64,000 nucleotides of DNA from Bacteroidia bacterium. GTDB lineage: Bacteria; Bacteroidota; Bacteroidia; 2-12-FULL-35-15. The position numbers and the translations under genes are program-made. The stretch spans positions 588,502 to 652,501 of the forward strand of contig JAURXZ010000030.1 of NCBI GenBank assembly GCA_030654175.1. Reading direction: 5' to 3'. Within the stretch, counting starts at the first letter, position 1; each line of letters starts with the position of its first letter. This document shows, piece by piece, positions 36,052-44,824 of the stretch. Under the pieces are notes generated by a model, which saw only the letters and a program-made list of their open reading frames with translations, did no database searches and was not told where the DNA came from.

Positions 36052-37176
36052 ATGATGACAGATAATCTATTAAAACGAGCATTGAATTTTGAATTTTTAT
36101 CCGTTGAGGAAGGTGTGTTTTTATTTAAAAATGCTCCAACAGCAGATCTGATCTTTGTTGCCAACGAATTAAGAAAAATTCAAAAGCCCGATGGAAAAGT
36201 TACCTGGCAGATCGACCGCAATGTAAATACAACCAATGTATGTATTGCAAACTGTAAGTTTTGTAATTTTTACCGCATCCCAGGGCACAAAGAAGCATAT
36301 ATCACCGACATTGAAACGTACAAGAAAAAAATTGAAGAGACCTTTCATTTTGGTGGCGACCAATTACTTTTACAAGGAGGCCATCACCCGGGTTTAGGTT
36401 TAAAATATTATGTTGACCTGTTTAAAGAATTAAAAAGTTTATACCCACAATTAAAACTTCATACACTTGGTCCCCCGGAAGTGGCACACATTACCAAACT
36501 TGAAAAATCAACCCATACTGAAGTATTGAAAGCATTGAAAGATGCAGGGATGGACAGTATGCCGGGAGCCGGTGCCGAAATTTTAAATGATCGTGTTCGC
36601 AGGTTAATTTCAAAAGGGAAATGTACAGGCCGGGAATGGTTGGATGTGATGCGTGCAGCACATCAATTGGATATTACCACTTCGGCTACAATGATGTTCG
36701 GACATATCGAAACCATAGAAGAACGCTTTGAACACCTCGTATTGATCCGTGAAGTGCAGAGTGAAAAACCAAAAAACACAAATGGCTTTTTAGCCTTTAT
36801 TCCATGGCCTTTTCAGGATGACGGAACATTATTAAAACGTCATAAAGGCATTACCAATAATGTTACAGGAGATGAATATATCCGGATGGTAGCCATGAGT
36901 CGCATCATGTTGCCTAATGTTATTAACATACAGGCCAGCTGGTTAACAGTTGGTAAAGATGTTGCTACACTTTGTTTACATGCTGGAGCAAATGATTTTG
37001 GAAGTATAATGATTGAAGAAAATGTTGTATCTGCTGCCGGAGCACCGCACCGGTTTACAGCTAAAGGAATACAGGAAGCCATTCTGGAAGCAGGCTTTGA
37101 ACCGCAGTTACGCACTCAAAAATACGACTACCGTGAACTACCTGCTGATATGGTGGAACAGGTGATTAATTATTAA
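36052..37176 (+). CDS. mqnC: Cyclic dehypoxanthine futalosine synthase (CofH/MqnC radical SAM)
   Basis: CIANCKFC, LLQGGHHP, PGAGAEIL, ATMMFGH, NIQASW, GANDFGSIMIEENVV. Confidence 0.85.
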   Translation: MMTDNLLKRALNFEFLSVEEGVFLFKNAPTADLIFVANELRKIQKPDGKVTWQIDRNVNTTNVCIANCKFCNFYRIPGHKEAYITDIETYKKKIEETFHFGGDQLLLQGGHHPGLGLKYYVDLFKELKSLYPQLKLHTLGPPEVAHITKLEKSTHTEVLKALKDAGMDSMPGAGAEILNDRVRRLISKGKCTGREWLDVMRAAHQLDITTSATMMFGHIETIEERFEHLVLIREVQSEKPKNTNGFLAFIPWPFQDDGTLLKRHKGITNNVTGDEYIRMVAMSRIMLPNVINIQASWLTVGKDVATLCLHAGANDFGSIMIEENVVSAAGAPHRFTAKGIQEAILEAGFEPQLRTQKYDYRELPADMVEQVINY

Positions 37177-37228
37177 TTTTTTTTCTTTTGAATTTAATTT
37201 TAAATGCTCGAAAAATAATTTAATTCAA

Positions 37229-37326
37229 TGGGGCGTTCCTTTCTTAAACAAGAAAGGCCGGGCTTTTCTCTTCAATCTTCCCTTCCAAGTATGGAAGGGA
37301 AGGATTTTCGCTGCAATCCCTAACGC
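37229..37326 (+). ncRNA. Dispersed structured repeat/RNA (Flavo-1-like), copy 1
   Basis: GGGGCGTTCC..hairpin..CGGGCTTT..CTTCAATCTT..hairpin..AGGATTT.CGCTGCAATCCCTAACGC scaffold shared with 60388-60479; the Flavo-1 name is from recollection only. Confidence 0.6.
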
Positions 37327-37363
37327 GGCATTCTGGTTCGAAGAACAGATTAATCTTCCTGTA

Positions 37364-38125
37364 TTAAATCTCAATTTTCAAACCATCATAAGCGAGTTCA
37401 ATATTGGCAGGTAACTCTTTTTGAACCTCTTCGTGCAAGCCCAATTGATGGCTGATATGAGTAAAATATGCTCGTTCGGGTTTTATCTCTTCAACTAATT
37501 CAATGGCTTCTTTCAAAGTATAATGTGATATATGGGGCTCTCTTCGCAATGCATTTAACACAAGGATCTTTGTCCCCTTTATTTTTTCTTTTTCAACATC
37601 CGAAATATAATTCGCATCGGTTATGTAAGTAAAATCATTTATTCTAAAACCAAATACAGGCAATTTATAATGCATTACTTCTATTGGTAAAAAATCAACT
37701 CCTTCAATATTTGTTAATTTGTTTTCTAATAAATGTAAATTAATTTCCGGTATTCCCGGATACTTGAAATCGCTGAAAATATATGCAAACTCTCTTCTGA
37801 TCGCTTCCTGAACACGGGCGGATGCATACACATCCATTTTTTTGTTGTTTATAAAGTTAAATGCACGAATATCATCGAAGCCGGCTGTGTGATCTTTGTG
37901 TTCATGGGTAAAAATTACCGCATCCATATTTTTAACATTTTCGCGTAACATTTGCTGACGAAAATCAGGACCGGTATCAATTATAAATGTTTTCCCTTTT
38001 TCTTCGATCAAAACAGATGTACGCAAGCGCTTGTCTCTTGCATCGGTTGATTGACAAATATTGCAAGTGCAAGCAATGAGAGGCACGCCTTGTGAAGTTC
38101 CTGTTCCTAAAAATGTTATTTTCAC
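37364..38125 (-). CDS. MBL-fold metallo-hydrolase (PhnP-like phosphodiesterase)
   Basis: FLGTGTSQGVP, CTCNIC, DTGPDFRQQ, THEHKDH, THISH. Confidence 0.92.
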   Translation of the reverse strand: MKITFLGTGTSQGVPLIACTCNICQSTDARDKRLRTSVLIEEKGKTFIIDTGPDFRQQMLRENVKNMDAVIFTHEHKDHTAGFDDIRAFNFINNKKMDVYASARVQEAIRREFAYIFSDFKYPGIPEINLHLLENKLTNIEGVDFLPIEVMHYKLPVFGFRINDFTYITDANYISDVEKEKIKGTKILVLNALRREPHISHYTLKEAIELVEEIKPERAYFTHISHQLGLHEEVQKELPANIELAYDGLKIEI

Positions 38126-38314
38126 AATAGATACGAATTAAAAAAAAACAATTTGACAACTTAAACAGTCGGCAATTTAATAACGGACTATGTCAAATGA
38201 TTTATCAAATAACAATATAAAATCAATTTGACACTGAAAGAAATTTGAATAAACAATAAACTATAAATTTTTATACCTGAAAACCTTAAACATTAAACTT
38301 GAAATATTTTTTTG

Positions 38315-41300
38315 CTACCTCACCAATGTAACAATTCCTTTGTACTCGTGTTTTTTCTTATTAAAATCGGTAACCTTAAATGAATAAATATAAACTTCGC
38401 CCTGTGAAATTTCAGTCCCATGATTTGCTCTTCCATCCCAGGGTTTATTCATATCATCGGAAAAGAAAATCAAATTTCCCCAACGGTCAAATATCGTCAT
38501 TTCATATTTAGTAATAACAAGGCCCCGGCCACTGAACGTATCGTTTATTCCATCATCATTGGGTGAAAACGCATTAGGGATATAAAATAAAAAGTCCGGT
38601 TCAATAATTATTGTTTGATAGGCCGTGTCCAAACAACTGAACTGATTGCTTGTAATCAACATGATGGTGTATATCCCTGTATCCGCATAGGTATGCGGTA
38701 AAGGATCAAAAGATGATACTGTATCTGTGCCATCGCCAAAATTCCAGATCCAGAAATTGGCACCAGCTGATGCGTCTATGATCGAGATAACGGGGTTTGT
38801 AATTACTGCCGTTTGTGGATCAACCGTAAAACCCGCATTGGGATCGGGATATACGGTGATGTAATTGTTTTTAGATAAGGAACTGATACAACCACTGTCT
38901 GAGGTAACAGTTAATGTAACACTGAAAAATTCAGGTAAAAAAACAGAGTTGTTGATATAACAATGATTCGGATCGCTTGAAGGGCTTCCTTCACCAAAGT
39001 CCCATGCCCATTGTACATTGGTGCCCGTAGCAACAGAAGATAAATTTTGAAAACCAACACACAAGGGTTCGCAACCCGATGTATCATCCACTGAAAATAA
39101 TACATCAGGGTTTGGATTAACAATACTAATTTTAGTAATAGAATCCACACAACCGAAATTGGAAACGACCAGTAATTGAACCGAATAGGAACCTTTTGCA
39201 GGATATAAATGTGATATATTTTGATTGGTATTAACAGCACTACCATCACCAAAATTCCAGATCCAGAATTGCAAATTATCGGTATTCGGTATAGTTGACA
39301 AATCATTAAATGGAACTGCGTTTCCATCACAAACATTTGTTGTGCTGAATGCTGCATCAGGCAAGGGATGCACTATAACCGTTTTTGTTACTGTGTCTTT
39401 ACAACTATTGTTGGTTGAAACAATTAAAGAAACTGTATAGCTTCCAGCGCTTGCGTAAGTATGACTAGTAATTGGTGTTGTGCTCAAAGGTGCTCCATCA
39501 CCGAAATCCCAGGATACACTGGCAATAGTACCAATGGAAACAATTGAGGAATCAATAAAATTCATTGCCTGATTTAAACATACATCCACAAAACCGAAAT
39601 TTGCAATGGGCATAGGAAACACTGTAATTGAATCTTTCAAGGTATCTGCACAACCAAGATTAGAGGAGTGGGTGATCAGGGTAAACTCATAATTTCCTGC
39701 AGCCGCATACAAATGACTTGGGCTCCACACAGTAGTATTTAAAGGGGAACCATCTCCAAAACTCCACGACCAACTTGCTACGCTGCCCACAGAAGGGTTA
39801 AGTGTTGTGTTTGTAAATGCCGCTGAATCAAATAAACAGGTATTATTAAACAGGAATGCAGAGGCTGGTGCATCAAAAACCTTTACGCTTAAGTTTGCTA
39901 CAGCCGAACATCCATTGGCTGTGGTACTTACTAAAGTTACATTATAGGTGCCCGGTAATGAATAATAGTGTGAAGGGTCTTCAACATTACTTGTTGCACC
40001 ACCATCGCCAAACACCCATAAATAACTGGTAATTGAAGTAGAATTGTCAACAGAAGAGGTATTATTAAAATACATCGTATCTCTAAAACATACATCGTTA
40101 AAGGTAAAACCGGCAGTAGGGTTGAAATAAACCTGGACAGATTTTGTGATCGTATCAGCACAACCAAAATTATTATTTACAATTAAAGTAACGCTATAGC
40201 TGCCTGCATTGGCATAAATATGGGAAGGGCTTTCGGTATTATTCACCGGGCTTCCATCTCCAAAATCCCATAACCACGAACTGATACTTCCCAAAGCAGT
40301 AGTGGAGCTGTTTGTGAATTGTGTGGCATTGGTGTTACAAACTGAAGTATTGCTGAATCCTGCCAGGGGTTTGGGATCAACAACGATCTTAACAGTATCA
40401 CTAGCCCTGCATCCGTTTGGATAAGTGAGCGTAACAGAATATGTTGCTGTAGCCGCAGGACCTGCTGCCGGATTATAAATAGCAGGATTGCTTAAACCGG
40501 AAGCAGGTGTCCAATTATACGTATATCCGGGTCCGTTAGGAGAAACGTCCAGTAAAGTACTTGAACCAAAACATATTGAGTCGCTTTGTGCGGATACCGT
40601 AATCGAATAGTTATTAGGATCAAAAAGAAAAGGGGTACCTATAATAGTTAATCCACTTAACGTATCTCCCGGCAAGCCATCCTGTGAACCTCCCCCGTGG
40701 ACACCTCTAAGGCCTTTACTCACATTAAAAGACACGTTAACAGGCAATGTAGTTTTACTCCAAACACATCCCCCTCCACCACCTCCGGAAGCTCCTTGTA
40801 AATAACAGGTAGGAAAAGCACCATCGCCACCTTTCGCATTCACATTTAAAACTCCGGTAAAATTATCAACATCAAGTAAAACAGTTCCTCCTCCACCTCC
40901 CCCACCTGTACCATCACATCCCCCTGTTAAAACATCAAAAGTACTTGCATCAATTGTATACCCATTCCCAATTAATGAATTTGCTCTTATAATCACAATA
41001 CCTCCACCGTTGGTACCAGGTGTTGCCTGAAGATTGTTTTGTTGACCACCACCACCACCGCCACCTAAAAAAACTTTGTTCAGTATATTGGTATATGACA
41101 ATTGTTGCCCACCTCTACCACCTATATCCATTACAGGACAGCCCTCCCAGGAATAACCTCCGTTTCCGCCAGCGCCAAAATTCCCACCTCCGCCACCTCC
41201 GGCATTAACATTGTTGCCACCACCGCCACCATTTGCCCGCTTCCCCATTCCATTGAGTTTTGATGCACTAAGGATAGAAATACCTTCTCCTTTTTCAGCA

Positions 41301-41932
41301 CCAAAATAGGAGGTGGAAGGATAAAAATAATCGAAACTACCCGGACAATTATAACCGGTAGGAGAAACGTTTCCTAAAGCAAACCCTTTGCCCTTGGCAT
41401 CAATGTTATTATTAAAGGTTATTATTCCGCTGCATTCTATTGCAATAACACCTCCAACACTACCATTCCAAACAGGACAAGTTATGGGGGAGGTTACAGT
41501 TGCATGCACAAATTTTGGCACCCGGATAAGTTGAACTGCACTTGCAACATCGTAAAGCCGTTGTAAGGTATCCGTTAAATAAATCGTATTTCCTGTGATA
41601 CCTGATATATGAGAAAACTCGTAATTACCACAATTATTCAGATTCAAAACATCTCCAAAACTAGCGGTATTACTCGTATCTACAATTGCCCCTTTCATCT
41701 GAATAATCAGCACCCTATTGCCAATAGCAAAAGCAGAAGGATCTGTAACTTCTATACTGCAACTTGAAATTAAGGTTACCGGTGTATATGAATTAACTGT
41801 TCCCGATAAACTATTGATGGTTTGTGAAAAAACGGGAGATAGGCCGCATAAAAAAAGCAGAACCCTGAAACAATTTTTTTTTTGCAAAAGGAACCAAAAA
41901 ATATTTCGAAAAATTATTTTTAAAACTGACAT
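38315..41932 (-). CDS. Gly-rich head + 7 PKD repeats + T9SS type B (gliding-motility-associated) CTD
   Basis: Seven W-x-FG(D/E)G motifs; FYIPNAFSPNDDGIND...IFDRWG...WDG...GIVTLVR. Confidence 0.92.
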   Translation of the reverse strand: MSVLKIIFRNIFWFLLQKKNCFRVLLFLCGLSPVFSQTINSLSGTVNSYTPVTLISSCSIEVTDPSAFAIGNRVLIIQMKGAIVDTSNTASFGDVLNLNNCGNYEFSHISGITGNTIYLTDTLQRLYDVASAVQLIRVPKFVHATVTSPITCPVWNGSVGGVIAIECSGIITFNNNIDAKGKGFALGNVSPTGYNCPGSFDYFYPSTSYFGAEKGEGISILSASKLNGMGKRANGGGGGNNVNAGGGGGGNFGAGGNGGYSWEGCPVMDIGGRGGQQLSYTNILNKVFLGGGGGGGQQNNLQATPGTNGGGIVIIRANSLIGNGYTIDASTFDVLTGGCDGTGGGGGGGTVLLDVDNFTGVLNVNAKGGDGAFPTCYLQGASGGGGGGCVWSKTTLPVNVSFNVSKGLRGVHGGGSQDGLPGDTLSGLTIIGTPFLFDPNNYSITVSAQSDSICFGSSTLLDVSPNGPGYTYNWTPASGLSNPAIYNPAAGPAATATYSVTLTYPNGCRASDTVKIVVDPKPLAGFSNTSVCNTNATQFTNSSTTALGSISSWLWDFGDGSPVNNTESPSHIYANAGSYSVTLIVNNNFGCADTITKSVQVYFNPTAGFTFNDVCFRDTMYFNNTSSVDNSTSITSYLWVFGDGGATSNVEDPSHYYSLPGTYNVTLVSTTANGCSAVANLSVKVFDAPASAFLFNNTCLFDSAAFTNTTLNPSVGSVASWSWSFGDGSPLNTTVWSPSHLYAAAGNYEFTLITHSSNLGCADTLKDSITVFPMPIANFGFVDVCLNQAMNFIDSSIVSIGTIASVSWDFGDGAPLSTTPITSHTYASAGSYTVSLIVSTNNSCKDTVTKTVIVHPLPDAAFSTTNVCDGNAVPFNDLSTIPNTDNLQFWIWNFGDGSAVNTNQNISHLYPAKGSYSVQLLVVSNFGCVDSITKISIVNPNPDVLFSVDDTSGCEPLCVGFQNLSSVATGTNVQWAWDFGEGSPSSDPNHCYINNSVFLPEFFSVTLTVTSDSGCISSLSKNNYITVYPDPNAGFTVDPQTAVITNPVISIIDASAGANFWIWNFGDGTDTVSSFDPLPHTYADTGIYTIMLITSNQFSCLDTAYQTIIIEPDFLFYIPNAFSPNDDGINDTFSGRGLVITKYEMTIFDRWGNLIFFSDDMNKPWDGRANHGTEISQGEVYIYSFKVTDFNKKKHEYKGIVTLVR

Positions 41933-41972
41933 TTTTCTATTTGTTGGTTACAGACAAATGGTTACTGATAAA

Positions 41973-42074
41973 CGGTTACTAATAACGAATGATTACGAAT
42001 TTGCGAAACTATGTTTGCTATTTTTTTTTACACACTGTTTCGTAAATTCGTTTTTTATTCGTTATTAGTAACCG
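41973..42074. repeat. Long intergenic inverted repeat built from ACGAAT units
   Basis: Perfect 18-bp arms cggttactaataacgaat / attcgttattagtaaccg, plus 14/15 inner arms 41995-42009 / 42037-42051. Confidence 0.85.
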
Positions 42075-42087
42075 AAAAATTCGCACC

Positions 42088-44727
42088 CTAATAAACAATA
42101 ACTTTTTTAACTGTTTCGTTATTCGGATTACTAATACTTATCAGGTAAACCCCTTTTCCATATTTTGTAAGATCCATTTGTTTCGTATAAGTTCCGTTAA
42201 AGTCTGTTAAGGTTTCCTCATAAACCAAAGCTCCTAAAGCATTCAACAATGTAAGTTTATATGTTGATCTTATTATCACATTAAATGAAATACTAAAATT
42301 CCCATCATTCGGATTTGGATAAACAGTAAAAAAATCGTTATTGACTATTGCATCAATTCCGGTATTATTAACATTAATTGTATTTGAAGAACAAGTGCTT
42401 CCGCCTGCAATAACAGTGAAATCACCGTTTTGTGTTGGAGTATGCGTTTGACTTGTTGCACCTATAACCGGTTGTCCGTTCCAGTACCACTGGTAAGAAG
42501 AGGCTGTGCTGGACGACAAAACGCCACCGCTCTGAGTAATCACAGGTGTTGGGCTTACAGTAATTGTATAGCTAGAAGGAATTCCTGTGCAACTGCCATT
42601 AATGGAAGGAGTTACCGTTACTGTTGCCACGATAGCGGTATTTGTTGAGTTAACAGCAGTAAAAGCGGGAACATTTCCTGCTCCGCTTGCAGCTAAACCA
42701 ATCGCTGTATTGGAGTTTGTCCATGCATAGATAGCTCCCGAAGGTGTGCTGGAAAAACTACTTGCACCTATATCACCTCCACATACATTTTTGTTGGAAA
42801 TAAAATTTATTTGCGGTGTTGAAGTAATTGTGATGGTTATTCCGCTACTTGCTATTGTTGCCGGATTTGCACAAGCTTCGTTTGATGTCATCACGCAGGT
42901 TACCACCTGTCCGTCAGTTAAAGAAGAGGTAATAAATCCGATACTATCAGTTCCAACATTTACTCCATTTACTTTCCATTGATAAACCGGTGTTGTTCCT
43001 CCATTGGTTGATGTAGCCGTGAATGTAAATGATTGGCCACCACATGCAGGATTGGTCCCTGAAGTTAAGGCTGTTGTGATGGTTGGTGCAATGGTACCAC
43101 TTGTTGATATTGTTGTTGAATTGGATGTAGCTGTTGTTGGGCTGGCACAGCTTAAGTTGGAAGTCATCACACATGTTACCACTTGCCCATTTGTTAATGA
43201 GGACGAGGTATAAGTTGCACTGTTTGTTCCAACATTTACTCCATCCAATTTCCATTGATATACCGGTGTGGTTCCACCACTGGTTGGTGTTGCTGTGAAT
43301 GTGATTGATGCACCTGCACAAGTTGGATTTGAACCTGAGGTAACAGCAGTTGATACAGCAGGCACAATTCCGGTTGTTAATGATATTACGATTGCATTTG
43401 AAGTATACGTCCCTCCTGAGGTCATGATACAGGTTACTGATTCGTTGGTTAATGTGCTTGTGGTATAAGTTACCCCTGTTTCTAGGCTAACCGGTGCGCC
43501 ATTCAAATACCATTGGTAAGTTGGGCTTGTTCCACCATTAACAGGTGTTGCCGTAAATGTGATCGATTGACCTGAGCAGGTTGGATTTGATCCACCAGTC
43601 ACCGCTATTGAAACAGATATTCCAGAACAACCACATGCCGCAAGATTACTTGTTGTTACCAATGAACTTCTAAGGGTGTTAAGCGTGGCAGTGGTTCGTG
43701 TTGATTGGCCGGCAGTAAACATATTGGTACAGGCATCAGAAGAATAATCCATATAATTATGCTGATAGTCGAGAGCTGTAGAACCGGATGAACAGCTATT
43801 TACAGTAGCATCCGGAAGGCAATTACTTTGAGAGCGCATGTGTGGAGGTATGTCGCAAACAAGGTCTCCTTCTGCAGCGCACTGCCCCGGTGTGTTTGGC
43901 GGACAAGTGGAACCAGAGCCATCTCCTTTGAAAGTATGAAACAGATCAAGCGCATGCCCCATCTCGTGAATCATGGTCATATTCAAATTTGTATATGGTT
44001 TTAAGTTATAACCAAGCGATCCACCCGGATCAAAACCAAAAGCATTGTATAGGATTATGGTTCCATCTTCAGTAAATGCACCTCCCGTAGGGTAATACGC
44101 ATACCCCTGTGTTCCGGAACCGGCACCGTTATTGTCAATTTCAGAAACCACCCAAATATTATAATATTTTTCATTGTCCCAAAAACTCAGGGCTTTTATT
44201 GCTGCTTCATTATTTGTAGTGCCATCCACACCAACATTTTCATAATTACCGGTACCTGTACCATTTATGCGATCAATCCCTGTTGTCGGATTTCCGGAAG
44301 GGTCTTTTTGAGCCAAACAAAATTCGATTCCGGTATCTACGCCATTGCCGTCAAACTGGCTGCCTGCAAGCTTTCTGTATGCATCAGTTAATGAGCTGAT
44401 AGCACTAAGTATTTGCGCATTAGAAATATTAGTTCCTGTTCCAACAGCTTCTCCTAAATGTATTACGTGTACTACACAGGGAATAGTAAAAGTGGCTGTA
44501 AGTGTCTGATTTCCGCCACCATTGTTTGCAATGGATTTTTGCAATAAAATTTCGTTGGTTTTGCTTCGGTGTGCATATTCCGGATTGGTAGCCATTAGCT
44601 TATCATGTATAATATCCGACAAACATGGCTCTGCCATTTTTTGAGCTTTTAATCCTCCACAGAAGGTAGAAAGCAGCAATGCCGCCAATAATAAATTTTG
44701 CATGTTTTTAAGGTATTGCTTTTCCAT
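42088..44727 (-). CDS. M43 (pappalysin/ulilysin-like) zinc metalloprotease with Ig-like repeats and T9SS type A CTD
   Basis: IPCVVHVIH, HEMGHALDLFHTF, NYMDYS Met-turn; three NPxC..TFTAT..GGT.P.YQW repeats; VYPNPNDGNF. Confidence 0.92.
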   Translation of the reverse strand: MEKQYLKNMQNLLLAALLLSTFCGGLKAQKMAEPCLSDIIHDKLMATNPEYAHRSKTNEILLQKSIANNGGGNQTLTATFTIPCVVHVIHLGEAVGTGTNISNAQILSAISSLTDAYRKLAGSQFDGNGVDTGIEFCLAQKDPSGNPTTGIDRINGTGTGNYENVGVDGTTNNEAAIKALSFWDNEKYYNIWVVSEIDNNGAGSGTQGYAYYPTGGAFTEDGTIILYNAFGFDPGGSLGYNLKPYTNLNMTMIHEMGHALDLFHTFKGDGSGSTCPPNTPGQCAAEGDLVCDIPPHMRSQSNCLPDATVNSCSSGSTALDYQHNYMDYSSDACTNMFTAGQSTRTTATLNTLRSSLVTTSNLAACGCSGISVSIAVTGGSNPTCSGQSITFTATPVNGGTSPTYQWYLNGAPVSLETGVTYTTSTLTNESVTCIMTSGGTYTSNAIVISLTTGIVPAVSTAVTSGSNPTCAGASITFTATPTSGGTTPVYQWKLDGVNVGTNSATYTSSSLTNGQVVTCVMTSNLSCASPTTATSNSTTISTSGTIAPTITTALTSGTNPACGGQSFTFTATSTNGGTTPVYQWKVNGVNVGTDSIGFITSSLTDGQVVTCVMTSNEACANPATIASSGITITITSTPQINFISNKNVCGGDIGASSFSSTPSGAIYAWTNSNTAIGLAASGAGNVPAFTAVNSTNTAIVATVTVTPSINGSCTGIPSSYTITVSPTPVITQSGGVLSSSTASSYQWYWNGQPVIGATSQTHTPTQNGDFTVIAGGSTCSSNTINVNNTGIDAIVNNDFFTVYPNPNDGNFSISFNVIIRSTYKLTLLNALGALVYEETLTDFNGTYTKQMDLTKYGKGVYLISISNPNNETVKKVIVY

Positions 44728-44824
44728 ATTTTTTTGAAATTAATGCTTTGTCTTCTCTTGGATTGTAACTGTTTTTATATCAAATTAATTTTTTAATATT
44801 CCTTATTAACATAGCATACGTTTT

